From assembly GCA_038204565.1 (NCBI GenBank), contig JBBRCU010000014.1:3541-67540 (forward strand): DNA of 64,000 nt, read 5' to 3'. Shown here piece by piece: positions 18,625 to 27,322 of this stretch; positions within the stretch are counted from its first letter, which is position 1; every line of letters begins with the position of its first letter. Position numbers and translations under genes: made by a program. The notes under the pieces are model-generated. The model did not search any database, was not told where the DNA came from, and saw nothing but the letters and a program-made list of their open reading frames with translations. Origin of the DNA: Candidatus Limnocylindrales bacterium (GTDB lineage: Bacteria > Chloroflexota > Limnocylindria > Limnocylindrales > CSP1-4).

Positions 18625-19383
18625 TCAGGCGGTCCGATCGCCCGCCGGCTCGGTCGTGGCCCGGGCCCGGCGAACGACATTCCGCCGATCGAGGTCGTCG
18701 CGGACGACCCGAGCGGCCAGGAGCAGGTCCGGGTCGCGCAGGATCGTCGTCGCCAGCCAGTCGACGTAGGACGGCTCGAACGACGCGACCTGGCCGAGCG
18801 TGTGCCCGTGGAACTTGCCGAACGCGAGCTCGAGATCCAGCGCCTCCTGAAGCGGGGGGGCCGATGGCGGGCGAAAGTTGCGGACCCGGGATCGGGCCAG
18901 CGGCCCGGTCGGCGTACTCGCTCGAGGCGGTTCGCGATGCGTCGCCGCCGCGCGCAGCGGTGGCTGGCCGTGGAGGATCGGCCCGGCCGCGGCGCCGGCC
19001 TCGTGATAGGTCTGGTTGCGGGGCCGGACGTTGCCGGTCGTGTCCACCCGGGCGGTCACCGGCCGGGTCGCCTTGGGCTTCGGCGGACCGCCCCGCTGGG
19101 AGGTCCGCGTCCCGCGCGAAGCCGTGCCGCTCGGTCCGGCGTCGGTCGCGCCGGCGTCGGGCCCGGCCCAGCGCGACCCTGTTCGGCCGCCGTCCCGAGT
19201 CAGCGCTGCATAGGCGTCATTGATCTCCGCCATCCGCTGGGTCGCGACCCGCGACGCGGCCGGGTCATCACCGGTCAGGTCCGGGTGATGGGTCCGCGCG
19301 AGGCGGCGCCAGGCCGCCTTGATCTGGGTCGGGCTGGCACCCGGCTCGACGCCCAGGACGTGATGGGGATCTCGTTTCGGCAC
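18625..19383 (-). CDS. J-domain (DnaJ-like) protein
   Basis: MPKRDPHHVLGVEPGASPTQIKAAWRRLARTHHPDL carries the HPD motif. It is followed by a Pro/Gly/Arg-rich linker and a conserved C-terminal domain (FGKFHGHTLGQVASFEPSYVDWL). Confidence 0.85.
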   Translation of the reverse strand: MPKRDPHHVLGVEPGASPTQIKAAWRRLARTHHPDLTGDDPAASRVATQRMAEINDAYAALTRDGGRTGSRWAGPDAGATDAGPSGTASRGTRTSQRGGPPKPKATRPVTARVDTTGNVRPRNQTYHEAGAAAGPILHGQPPLRAAATHREPPRASTPTGPLARSRVRNFRPPSAPPLQEALDLELAFGKFHGHTLGQVASFEPSYVDWLATTILRDPDLLLAARVVRDDLDRRNVVRRARATTEPAGDRTA

Positions 19384-19458
19384 GGACCGAGTCTATCGGC
19401 AGGAGGCCGTGCCGCGCGCCATTTGACAGGTCGGCGGGCCGGGCCGTCCCATAGGACC

Positions 19459-20595
19459 GTGCCGACCCTCCGCCGCGCGAGCATCGTTGCCGCGCTTGCC
19501 GCCGCACCGCTCGCCCTCGCCTACCGCTTCGCGATCCTGTACCGGGTCCGGGCCGGCTACCCGACGCCGCGGCCGCCGCAGCGGACGCCGGCCGATCTCG
19601 GCCTCGCCTACGAGGACGTCACGGTGCCGACGACCGACGGCCTGAACCTGCCGGGCTGGTTCATGGCGGCCGATGGGAACCGGGCCGGACCCGGTGTCGC
19701 CCTCGTTCACGGCTGGGAGTCCGCCCGCGACCGCCTCCTGCCGATGGCCCAGTTCCTCCATGCAGCCGGGTTCCACTGCCTGGCCGTCGACGTCCGGGGT
19801 CACGGCGCGAACCCGCCCGAGACGCTGCCGATCACCGCCGGCGAGTTCGGCGCGGATGCACTCGCCGGTTGGCAGGCGCTCGATGCACGCCCGGAGGTCA
19901 CGTCCGCCGCGCTCCTCGGCCATTCGATGGGCGCGATCGGGGCAATCCTCGCCGCAGCCGCGGAGCCGCGGGTCGCCGCCGTCGTGGCGACGTCGACGCC
20001 GGCAGATCCGTGGCGGCTCACCCGTCAGACGTTCCGCCTCGCCCGGCTGCCGTTCCCCGACGCAATCGCCTATCCCCTCGCCTGGCTGACGACCCGGGTC
20101 TATCTCCGCCCACGGGGCCACCGGATCGCGGACATCTCGGCAGCTGAAGCGTTGCAGCGGATCGAAGCTCCCGTCCTCCTCGTCCACGGCACCGCCGACG
20201 CCGTCGTTCCGGTCGGTCATCTCGAGCGCCTCCGCCGGAAACGACAGGCAGCTGGCCTGCCAACCGAGACGCTCGTCATCGAGGGCGGCCAGCATTCCTG
20301 GCTGTACGAATTCCCCGCCTATCGGCGGACGGTGGCCGCGTTCCTTGCGCAGGCTCTGGGTGGACCGCTCGGCCCAGAGGCAGCCGCCGCTCGGGCGTCG
20401 GCCGTCGACGCCCGGCGCCTGCCCGATACGGTCCGTCCGCCGACCCAGATCGAGCAGGAGCCGGGCGGCTTCCGGTCGCTCGTCCGGATCGCCGGACCGC
20501 TCGGCCGGCCGGACCGCGATGGAGCCCAGGATCAGTCCACGCCGGCCGCCGAAGAATCGGTGCCCGACGACCTTGGAACGGAGCTTGCCCTGTGA
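19459..20595 (+). CDS. Alpha/beta hydrolase (canonical GHSMG nucleophile), membrane-anchored
   Basis: This is the C-terminal 379 codons of track ORF 18553..20595. It has VALVHGW, LLGHSMGAIGA and LLVHGTADAVV. The start is taken at GTG 19459, after the divergent J-domain gene. Confidence 0.8.
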   Translation: MPTLRRASIVAALAAAPLALAYRFAILYRVRAGYPTPRPPQRTPADLGLAYEDVTVPTTDGLNLPGWFMAADGNRAGPGVALVHGWESARDRLLPMAQFLHAAGFHCLAVDVRGHGANPPETLPITAGEFGADALAGWQALDARPEVTSAALLGHSMGAIGAILAAAAEPRVAAVVATSTPADPWRLTRQTFRLARLPFPDAIAYPLAWLTTRVYLRPRGHRIADISAAEALQRIEAPVLLVHGTADAVVPVGHLERLRRKRQAAGLPTETLVIEGGQHSWLYEFPAYRRTVAAFLAQALGGPLGPEAAAARASAVDARRLPDTVRPPTQIEQEPGGFRSLVRIAGPLGRPDRDGAQDQSTPAAEESVPDDLGTELAL

Positions 20596-21143
20596 CCGAC
20601 CCGCAGCCGTCGGAGCCGACGATGTCGACCTGGCAGGCGATCGCGACGAAGCGGATGGTTCGAGCGTTCGCCGACCGCCCGCTCGATCCCGACCATCTCG
20701 TCCGGATCCTCAACGCCGGCCGTCGCGCGGCAAGTTCCAAAAATCTCCAGCGCTGGGACTTCATCGTCTGCCGCGATCGAGGCCATCTCGGCGAGCTCGC
20801 CGCGGTTGGCCCGTATGCCGGCCACCTCGCCGGCGCCGCCGTCGCGATCGCGCTCGTCACGCCAGATCCGGCCGCCGCCGACAGCCCGCTCTCGGTCCTG
20901 TTCGATCTCGGGATGGCCGCCGGCAACATGATGCTCGCGGCCTGGGAGCTCGGGGTCGGGAGCGTGCCGGCGACCGTCTACGACCACGATCTTGCCCGCG
21001 GCCTGCTGGGCTACCCCGAAGACCGCCACTGCGAGTACCTGATCTCGTTCGGCTACCCGGCCGATCGCGACGTTCTCAATCGGCCGAACCAGGCCGGCGG
21101 GCGGCGGGCCCTCACCGACATCGTCCACGACGAGCGCTGGTGA
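20592..21143 (+). CDS. Nitroreductase family protein
   Basis: STWQAIATKRMVRAFADRPLD...AGRRAASSKNLQRWDFIV is typical of the family. The GTG start overlaps the upstream stop (GTGA). An alternative ATG lies at 20622. Confidence 0.85.
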   Translation: MTDPQPSEPTMSTWQAIATKRMVRAFADRPLDPDHLVRILNAGRRAASSKNLQRWDFIVCRDRGHLGELAAVGPYAGHLAGAAVAIALVTPDPAAADSPLSVLFDLGMAAGNMMLAAWELGVGSVPATVYDHDLARGLLGYPEDRHCEYLISFGYPADRDVLNRPNQAGGRRALTDIVHDERW

Positions 21144-21410
21144 TCGGAAAGGCAGAGCTCACCGTCTCGCCGACGGGGGTTGATCGGTCGTCAGGCGATC
21201 CAATGCGACGCGCTGCCGCATTCGTGCAGGCCTGACGGGTCCGTTTCGCTCGGTGAGTGAGCGGAAGCTCCCGATTCGACGCTCGGGGACCCTCCAGCGT
21301 CGGTCAGGCAGGTCGTTCCGGTCGCATTCGATCGTTCAACGAGCGGCCATGTCAGTTCCGCTCCCTGAACGAGCCGCGGGGACCCCTGATGGACCCGGTC
21401 GGCCGACCCA

Positions 21411-22493
21411 CTATTGCCACTTGAACGAGCGAGCCGCGATTCCGAAGCAGATGACCAGCCAGACAGCGAGGACGAGGAAGCAGACCCACAGCGGCGCGAA
21501 CGGCGTGCCATCGACCATGGTCTGGCGGAGCCCGTCGCTGAGGTAGGTGAGGGGCATGACCCGAGCCACGGTCTTGAGCGCATCGGGCATCGCCGCGATC
21601 GGGAAGAACGTCCCGGACAGGAACATCAGCGGGAACTGGACCGCGCTGGTCATCCCGTTGGCCGCGTCCTCGGTGGCCGCGAACGAGGCGATCACGTAAC
21701 CGAGGGCGATGAACCCGAGGGACCCGAGGAGGATCAGGCTGCCGATCAGGAGCCACGATCCGGCGATCTGGACGTGGAAGGCGGCCGATCCGACGCCGAC
21801 GATGATCGCGGTCTGGACGACCGCGATGAGGAGTCGCATCAGGACGTTGCTCCCGACGAGCTGCCAGCGCCGCAGTGGAGTGGCCTGGAGACGCTTGAGA
21901 ATGAGCTTCTGGCGATCGGCCACGAGGGGGATCGCCGCGAAGACGCCGAGCTGCATCAGCGACATCCCGAGGATCGACGGGACCAGGTAGGAGATGAACG
22001 TCAGGTCGTTGGTCTGGATCGGCTTGAAGGCGGGCTCGACTGCCGGTGGCTGGCCCGTCGCCTGCTGGTTGACGATCGACAGGACGAAGCCGACGAGCTG
22101 GCGAGTCGCCCCGTCCGCGGCGCTCTGGGTCGGGTCCGTGTAGACGGTGAGGTCCGTGGGCCCACCCTTCGCAGCAACCGCGTCGGCATAGCCCCTGGGA
22201 ACGACGATGACCGCCGAGATGTCGCCCTTCTTCATCTGCGCCACGAGGTCAGCCTCGCTGCCATCGACGAGCTTGACCCCGCTGACCGACCCGAAGGCGG
22301 TCGCGAGGGTGCCAGACGTCGCCGTTCCGTCGAGGTCGGCGAACCCGATCGAGCGCTCATTGTTGCCGCCCGAGAAGATCAGGCCGAACAGGATCACGAA
22401 GATCAGCGGGAATGCGAGGGTCCAGAAGAGCGCCGCGCGATCGCGGGTGAAGCTCTTGATGTTGGCCACGGTCAGGAGCAGGAGCGCGTTCAA
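21411..22493 (-). CDS. ABC-2 type transporter permease
   Basis: The 360-aa protein is a multi-pass membrane protein of typical ABC-2 permease size and pattern. It sits directly downstream of the ATPase. Confidence 0.85.
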   Translation of the reverse strand: MNALLLLTVANIKSFTRDRAALFWTLAFPLIFVILFGLIFSGGNNERSIGFADLDGTATSGTLATAFGSVSGVKLVDGSEADLVAQMKKGDISAVIVVPRGYADAVAAKGGPTDLTVYTDPTQSAADGATRQLVGFVLSIVNQQATGQPPAVEPAFKPIQTNDLTFISYLVPSILGMSLMQLGVFAAIPLVADRQKLILKRLQATPLRRWQLVGSNVLMRLLIAVVQTAIIVGVGSAAFHVQIAGSWLLIGSLILLGSLGFIALGYVIASFAATEDAANGMTSAVQFPLMFLSGTFFPIAAMPDALKTVARVMPLTYLSDGLRQTMVDGTPFAPLWVCFLVLAVWLVICFGIAARSFKWQ

Positions 22494-22503
22494 CGTGACC
22501 CTC

Positions 22504-23442
22504 TCAGTCGCGAAGGGCCCGGCCGGTCAGGTCGAGGAAGACATCCTCGAGCGTCGCCCGGCGGACCCCCAGATTGGTGGGCTCCAGCCCGAGCGCCTCG
22601 CTCGCGCCAAGGACGGCCCCGATCGTCGCCGGAACATCGCTCGTGTACAGAAGGACCTCGCCATTCTCGTGCTTGACCGACGACACGCCACTCATCACGG
22701 CGAGCTGCCCGTCCGACAGCCCCTCGATCCGATCGAACCGGACGGCACGCTCCTTGAACCGGCGACTGACGAGCTCGTCGACCGTTCCCTCCTCGAGAAT
22801 GTGGCCGTGGTCCATGATCGCGACCTGGTCGCAGAGGACCTCAGCCTCTTCGAGGTAGTGGGTCGTGAGCAGGATCGTCCGGCCCTCGCGCTTGAGCGTC
22901 AGGATGATGTCCCAGAGGGCCCTCCGGGCGGCCGGGTCCATGCCGGTCGTCGGCTCGTCGAGGAAGACGAGCTCAGGGTCGTTGACGAGGGCGAGGGCGA
23001 CCGACAGCCGCTGGCGCTGTCCGCCCGACAGGTTCTGGGTCCGGGTCGTTCGCTTCTCCCCGAGATCCATCATCTCGACGAGGTCGTTCGTCGGGCGGCC
23101 TTTCGGGTAGAAGCTCCGGAACAGGTCGAGGACCTCGACCACCGTCAGCTTCGGGTACAGCGCGGCCGTCTGGAGTGAGACGCCGATCCGAGTCTTGAGA
23201 TCCTCGGGATGGCGAACCGCATCGATCCCGAGGACGCGGACGTCGCCCGAGTCGGGCTTGCGGAGGCCTTCGAGGACTTCAACGGTGGTGGTCTTGCCGG
23301 CGCCGTTGGGCCCGAGTAGACCGAACACGGTGCCGGCCGGGACCTCGAAGCTGACCCCGTCGACGGCATGCGTGTCGCCGTAGGTCTTGCGCAGTTCCGC
23401 GACCCGGATGACCGGATCGGTACCGGGCGAGTGGTTCATCAC
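22504..23442 (-). CDS. ABC transporter ATP-binding protein (DrrA-like)
   Basis: It has Walker A GPNGAGKTT, signature LSGGQRQRL and Walker B LVFLDEPTTGMD. The start is GTG 23442 or ATG 23439. Confidence 0.93.
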   Translation of the reverse strand: MMNHSPGTDPVIRVAELRKTYGDTHAVDGVSFEVPAGTVFGLLGPNGAGKTTTVEVLEGLRKPDSGDVRVLGIDAVRHPEDLKTRIGVSLQTAALYPKLTVVEVLDLFRSFYPKGRPTNDLVEMMDLGEKRTTRTQNLSGGQRQRLSVALALVNDPELVFLDEPTTGMDPAARRALWDIILTLKREGRTILLTTHYLEEAEVLCDQVAIMDHGHILEEGTVDELVSRRFKERAVRFDRIEGLSDGQLAVMSGVSSVKHENGEVLLYTSDVPATIGAVLGASEALGLEPTNLGVRRATLEDVFLDLTGRALRD

Positions 23443-23795
23443 GGGCCCGATGGTGCCACGGTGGCGCTCGGTCCGTCGTCCGGATCGTCGGCCGGTGGTC
23501 GGGCCGTAACCGGATCACGCGGCCCGGTCCAGCCATTTTCATCGTCGTCATCGCCCGACTCGTCGTCGGGTCCGCCCAGGTCGCCGATCGCGAGGTCGAG
23601 GGCCCGACCGGGACGTGGCGGAAGGCGAGGCGATCGCCCGACCATTCCGGGAGCGGCCGCTCCCACGGCAAGTCGACGAGGTCGATCGCCGGATCGCGCA
23701 GGCGGAGGCGTGGGAAGCGGCCATTGCGGGCTCAGGATGGCGGCGGAGCGGTACGGAGGCTCGGACTCCGGGCGCGGCGAGTTGCCGCCGGCCCC

Positions 23796-24236
23796 TCAGA
23801 GACGCTTCCGGAGGTAGGCCGCGACGGACCCGTCGTAGCCGAGCTCCTCGTACAGCCGCCGGGCATCGGGCCGGTGGTGACCGGCAGTCACTTCGGCGAA
23901 GGCTGCGCCGAGCTCGCGCCCGAGGCGCTCCGCCTCCGCCATCAGCAGCCGCCCGATCCCGCGGCCGCGCTCGCCCGGGTCGACGACGAGGGCCATCACC
24001 CGGATGATCCGGTCGGAATGCTCGAATCGGGGCAGGGCGTGGACGGCGGCAAATCCGACGACCTCCGCGCCGTTGTCCGCGACGAAGACCTTCGAGAACT
24101 CCGAACCGAAGCGGGCCAGACGCTCGACGATGTCGCTCGGGCCGGCCGGGTAACCCTCGTCGGTGAAGAGCGCGGCAATCCGCGTGGCGTCGTCCGGCGT
24201 TGCCGTCCGGACGGCGATGGGCTGGCGATCGGTCAT
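23796..24236 (-). CDS. GNAT family N-acetyltransferase
   Basis: LVVDPGERGRGIGRLLMAEAERL is the acetyl-CoA binding motif A. The protein is 146 aa. Confidence 0.85.
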   Translation of the reverse strand: MTDRQPIAVRTATPDDATRIAALFTDEGYPAGPSDIVERLARFGSEFSKVFVADNGAEVVGFAAVHALPRFEHSDRIIRVMALVVDPGERGRGIGRLLMAEAERLGRELGAAFAEVTAGHHRPDARRLYEELGYDGSVAAYLRKRL

Positions 24237-24727
24237 GGCCGCGATGGTACCGCCGCAGGCTGGACGAGGACCACGAGCGATCCGCCGATCCGATCGCCGA
24301 GGACCACGACCGCAACCCCGAACGGGCCGACCTCTGGACGGCTGAGGCGCGCCCCGGCGGCGGCTGCCAGCATCCGGAGGCGACCGAGGTCAAACGGCGC
24401 CATGAGATAGCTCCCGGAATGACCTTCGCCGCGGCGGGCAAGCGTTGCCGCGAGGCGGCCCTCGGTCGAGGGTTCTGCGAGGGCGATCGACGGACCGTCG
24501 CGAGACGGGAGAATCAGGACCATGGCGCCGAGGAGCGGGTCGGCGACGGCGCCGCTCGGATCAGCCCCGATCGGCCGGTCGAGGGCCGGACCTGGCGCGG
24601 CACCCGCGCGGAGCTCGTCGAGCGCCCGCTCCATGTCCACGGTGCCCCAGATCCGGGCGAGGATCCGGACGGTCGAGGCGTCGTCGCCGAACCAATCCGG
24701 CACGTCGTTCGGGGGCCGGACGATCAC
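24233..24727 (-). CDS. Hypothetical protein (possibly glyoxalase/VOC-like fold)
   Basis: The 164-aa ORF has 4-nt ATGA overlaps with both neighbours, which implies an operon. The family call is weak. Confidence 0.55.
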   Translation of the reverse strand: MIVRPPNDVPDWFGDDASTVRILARIWGTVDMERALDELRAGAAPGPALDRPIGADPSGAVADPLLGAMVLILPSRDGPSIALAEPSTEGRLAATLARRGEGHSGSYLMAPFDLGRLRMLAAAAGARLSRPEVGPFGVAVVVLGDRIGGSLVVLVQPAAVPSRP

Positions 24728-25614
24728 GGCCGCAGGAGCAGGTCCGGGGCGGGGCCCCCGATCCGGACGAAGCCGAGCGATCGATACATTGCCCGCGCGA
24801 CCGCGTTGTCCTCGAAGACGCCGAGATAGGTCCAGCGGCTGCCCGCCGCGAGCGCGTCGGCGGCCGCAAGCGCCGTGGCGAGCCGCCCGAGGCCACGGCC
24901 ACGGAAGGCGGGATCCGTCCCGATCGACGACAGGTAACTCGCGCCGGCAAAGGTCGTCCGCCGGGCGACCGCGGCCGGCGCGCCATCGACCCGGACGAGG
25001 ATGGCGTGGTAGCCGTCGGTCGTGAGGCCCTGGAGCGCCTCGATCTCGATCGCGACGCGTCGCTCGGGCTCGACGGCGAATGACGCTAGCAGCACGGTGG
25101 CGATCGCGCGGGCGGCGTCAGCCGCAGGGCGGCCCGCGATCCGATGGAGCCGCTCGACCGTCACGCCAGCGGCTGCGTCGGGGGCGGGTGGCTCGACCGC
25201 CCGCTCCGGATCGAGGGCGAGGAGGAGGCCGCCACCGAAATCCTCGAACCCGTTCGCGAGGAGCCGCTCGAGAAGATCGGGCGGGTCGTCGAACCCCGGC
25301 ATCGGCCAGACATGGGGGATCCGATCGAGACCGGCGAAGAAGGCGAACATCTCGGTCAGGCGCCGGTCGAACGCAGCGGGGTCGGCCGGCCAGGCGATCC
25401 CGGCCAGCCGGTTCCAGAACGGCTCGCGGTCGGTCGCGTCGTAGAGGAGGATGGCGTCGCCGAGGTCGCGGACCTCGCGGCTGACGAGGGCGTGCGAGCA
25501 AGCCTCGTGCCAGGCGAGCCAGCGGACGTCCTTCGCGGTCAACGTCGCCGGCTTGCCAGGACGACCGGACTGGGCCGGCGGCATCGGGATCGCGGGTCGA
25601 ATCGGGGCGGCCAT
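24724..25614 (-). CDS. GNAT-family acetyltransferase with an N-terminal extra domain (tandem-GNAT-like)
   Basis: From the ATG at 25614 (MAAPIRPAIP...). The C-terminal part is SSIGTDPAFRGRGLGRLATALAAADA...YRSLGF. Confidence 0.7.
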   Translation of the reverse strand: MAAPIRPAIPMPPAQSGRPGKPATLTAKDVRWLAWHEACSHALVSREVRDLGDAILLYDATDREPFWNRLAGIAWPADPAAFDRRLTEMFAFFAGLDRIPHVWPMPGFDDPPDLLERLLANGFEDFGGGLLLALDPERAVEPPAPDAAAGVTVERLHRIAGRPAADAARAIATVLLASFAVEPERRVAIEIEALQGLTTDGYHAILVRVDGAPAAVARRTTFAGASYLSSIGTDPAFRGRGLGRLATALAAADALAAGSRWTYLGVFEDNAVARAMYRSLGFVRIGGPAPDLLLRP

Positions 25615-25660
25615 CCCAAGACGATACCCGCCCCGTTCAGCGGGTACGCCCGCCAAGCGA

Positions 25661-26683
25661 TCAGGCGGGTCGGTCGACGACGAACAGCGACGCACCAGAG
25701 CGCAGGTCGACGACCGTCGGTGCGGGCGCCCCGGCCTCGGCGAAGAGCGCGAGATAGCCATCCCGGGTGAACATCCGCGTCCCCTGGTAGAGCTCGTCGA
25801 TCTGGATCCCCCAGAGCAACTCCGCCTGGAGCGACGGCGGCTCACTCATATCGCCAGGCTCGTCGGGCAGGCACCACTCGAGGACGACGAGCCGGCCGCC
25901 GGGAGCCACCGCGGCCCAGGCTGCTCGCAGCGACCCCGCCAGGTCGGGCAACTCGTGAAGTGCATCCTGGAGGTAGGCCAGATCGAACTCGCCCCGGAAC
26001 GGCATGTCCGGGATCGTCCGCGACTCGATCCGGATCCGGTCGCCCAGACCCGCCTCGTCGACGTGGCGCTGGGCGCGCTCGACCGAATCCGGCTCGAACT
26101 CGACGCCGACGAGGCTGGTCGAGGTGAACCGTCGGGCGACGGCGATCAGCCACTTCCCACCGCCGCAGGCCACGTCGAGGATCCGGCCGCCGCGGTTGAG
26201 GGCCGCCGCCAGGTCGGGCAGCTCGGCAAGGCCCTCCTGGAAGAAGACGGTGATGTCCTGGACGGTGACCGCCTCGATCGCCCGGTGGAACCGCGGCGGT
26301 CGCTCGACCACCGCTGGACCGCCCCGGACGAAGTCGGCCAGACCTGCGTAGTCGAGGCTCGACACGACCGCGACGACGAACTGTCCGCCGAGGTACGCGG
26401 GGTGGGTGTCGTCGAGGAGGATGTCGGCGATGTCGTCCCCGACGGTCGCCCTGCCGGCCACGAGCTCGAGGAGATCGCCCGCGTGCGCGGCGCGGACCCA
26501 TGCCGCGATCGGCTCGGGCCGACAGCCCGCGGCGGCGGCCAGCTCCGCCGCCGTCAACCCCGCGGCGCCCGCGGATCGGATCCGGCCAAACAGCCCGAGA
26601 TCCAGGCCGAGGTACACCACCCAGCTGCGGTAGAAGCCGCCGACGGCCGCCGCGAGCTCCTCGAACCGGTCCTCCCTGCCCAT
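25661..26683 (-). CDS. Class I SAM-dependent methyltransferase (O-methyltransferase-like with an N-terminal winged-helix/dimerisation domain)
   Basis: From the ATG at 26683: MGREDRFEELAAAVGGFYRSW... The SAM motif is RILDVACGGGKW, followed by GGRLVVLEW. The rest of track ORF 25661..27250 is a spurious extension across the divergent sigma gene. Confidence 0.8.
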   Translation of the reverse strand: MGREDRFEELAAAVGGFYRSWVVYLGLDLGLFGRIRSAGAAGLTAAELAAAAGCRPEPIAAWVRAAHAGDLLELVAGRATVGDDIADILLDDTHPAYLGGQFVVAVVSSLDYAGLADFVRGGPAVVERPPRFHRAIEAVTVQDITVFFQEGLAELPDLAAALNRGGRILDVACGGGKWLIAVARRFTSTSLVGVEFEPDSVERAQRHVDEAGLGDRIRIESRTIPDMPFRGEFDLAYLQDALHELPDLAGSLRAAWAAVAPGGRLVVLEWCLPDEPGDMSEPPSLQAELLWGIQIDELYQGTRMFTRDGYLALFAEAGAPAPTVVDLRSGASLFVVDRPA

Positions 26684-26696
26684 GTCCGGAATTGTC

Positions 26697-26725
26697 GCAC
26701 GCGGGTGGTGCAACCGACCGCGTGC
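26697..26725. promoter_or_regulatory. 8-bp perfect inverted repeat (GCACGCGG-N13-CCGCGTGC) in the 63-bp divergent promoter region
   Basis: It lies between the methyltransferase operon start (26683) and the ECF sigma start (26747). It is a candidate operator. Confidence 0.35.
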
Positions 26726-26746
26726 CAAGGGTGTTTCATTGACGTG

Positions 26747-27322
26747 ATGGATGACCGCCGATCCGACGACGCCGCGCTCGCCCATTCGCTCGCCGTCGAC
26801 CTTGACGCATCCTTCGAGGCCGTGGTCCTCGTCCACCAGGACCGGCTGTTCACGATCGCGCTCCGGACCCGCGGCGATCGGGCCGAGGCCGAGGAGCTGG
26901 TCCAGGACACCTTCGTCCGCGCCTACCGGGCCCTGGCCGCCTGGCCGGCCGAGCGAATCCGGGAGCTCCGGATCCGCGGCTGGCTGACCACGATCCTGCT
27001 CAACGCGGCCCGCAACCGAGCCCGGGTCAGGCGGGTTCCGACGACCGAGCTGGTCTTCGATCCAGGCGCCGAGCCGGCCGCGGATCCGCTTGCTCGGCGG
27101 GACGATCGCGAGACCTGGGCCCGCCTCCTCGGCGGCCTGAGCCCCGCCCAGAGGACAGCCGTCGTCCTGCGTCACGTCGACGGGCTGTCGTACGCCGAGA
27201 TCGCCACGGCGACCGGCCGACCCGAAGGCACCGTGAAGGCCGACGTCCACCGCGGGCTGGCCGCCCTGCGCACTGCGCTCCTAGCCGCCGAGCGGCAGGA
27301 GCGCGAGGAGATCCCCGCATGA
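26747..27322 (+). CDS. ECF-type RNA polymerase sigma-70 family factor
   Basis: Region 2 is EELVQDTFVRAYRALAAWP...GWLTTILLNAARNRAR. Region 4 is LSPAQRTAVVLRHVDGLSYAEIATATGRPEGTVKADVHRGL. It is 191 aa. Confidence 0.9.
   Translation: MDDRRSDDAALAHSLAVDLDASFEAVVLVHQDRLFTIALRTRGDRAEAEELVQDTFVRAYRALAAWPAERIRELRIRGWLTTILLNAARNRARVRRVPTTELVFDPGAEPAADPLARRDDRETWARLLGGLSPAQRTAVVLRHVDGLSYAEIATATGRPEGTVKADVHRGLAALRTALLAAERQEREEIPA

Noticed and set aside
18553-19458. N-terminal 302 codons of the 680-aa + strand ORF
   Set aside because: This part is antisense to the J-domain gene and is Arg/Gly/Pro-rich. Only the C-terminal alpha/beta-hydrolase part (from 19459) looks real.
21335-21438. Three copies of (T)GAACGAGC(C)GCG at 21335, 21366 and 21421 in the convergent gap after the nitroreductase gene
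   Set aside because: The motif is short and imperfect. The third copy lies inside the last codons of the permease gene. Spacing is irregular (31 and 55 nt). It could be chance in a 270-nt lower-GC spacer.
23439-23666. 75-aa acidic ORF (…GGPDDESGDDDDENGW…) ending at the ABC ATPase start; possible small coupled gene or precursor peptide
   Set aside because: It is low-complexity sequence with a third-position GC of only about 70% by hand count, clearly below neighbouring genes. There is no SD and no recognisable peptide-maturation genes. It is left uncalled.
25451-26746. 5-prime 430 codons of the 623-aa + strand ORF
   Set aside because: It is antisense to the methyltransferase gene. The recognisable ECF sigma sequence begins only at about 26747.
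26684-26746. ECF-type promoter (CAAC-N17/18-GTT) upstream of the sigma gene
   Set aside because: The match to the GGAAC...CGT(T/C) consensus is partial, and the consensus for this ECF group is unknown to me. It is mentioned only as context and not called as a feature.
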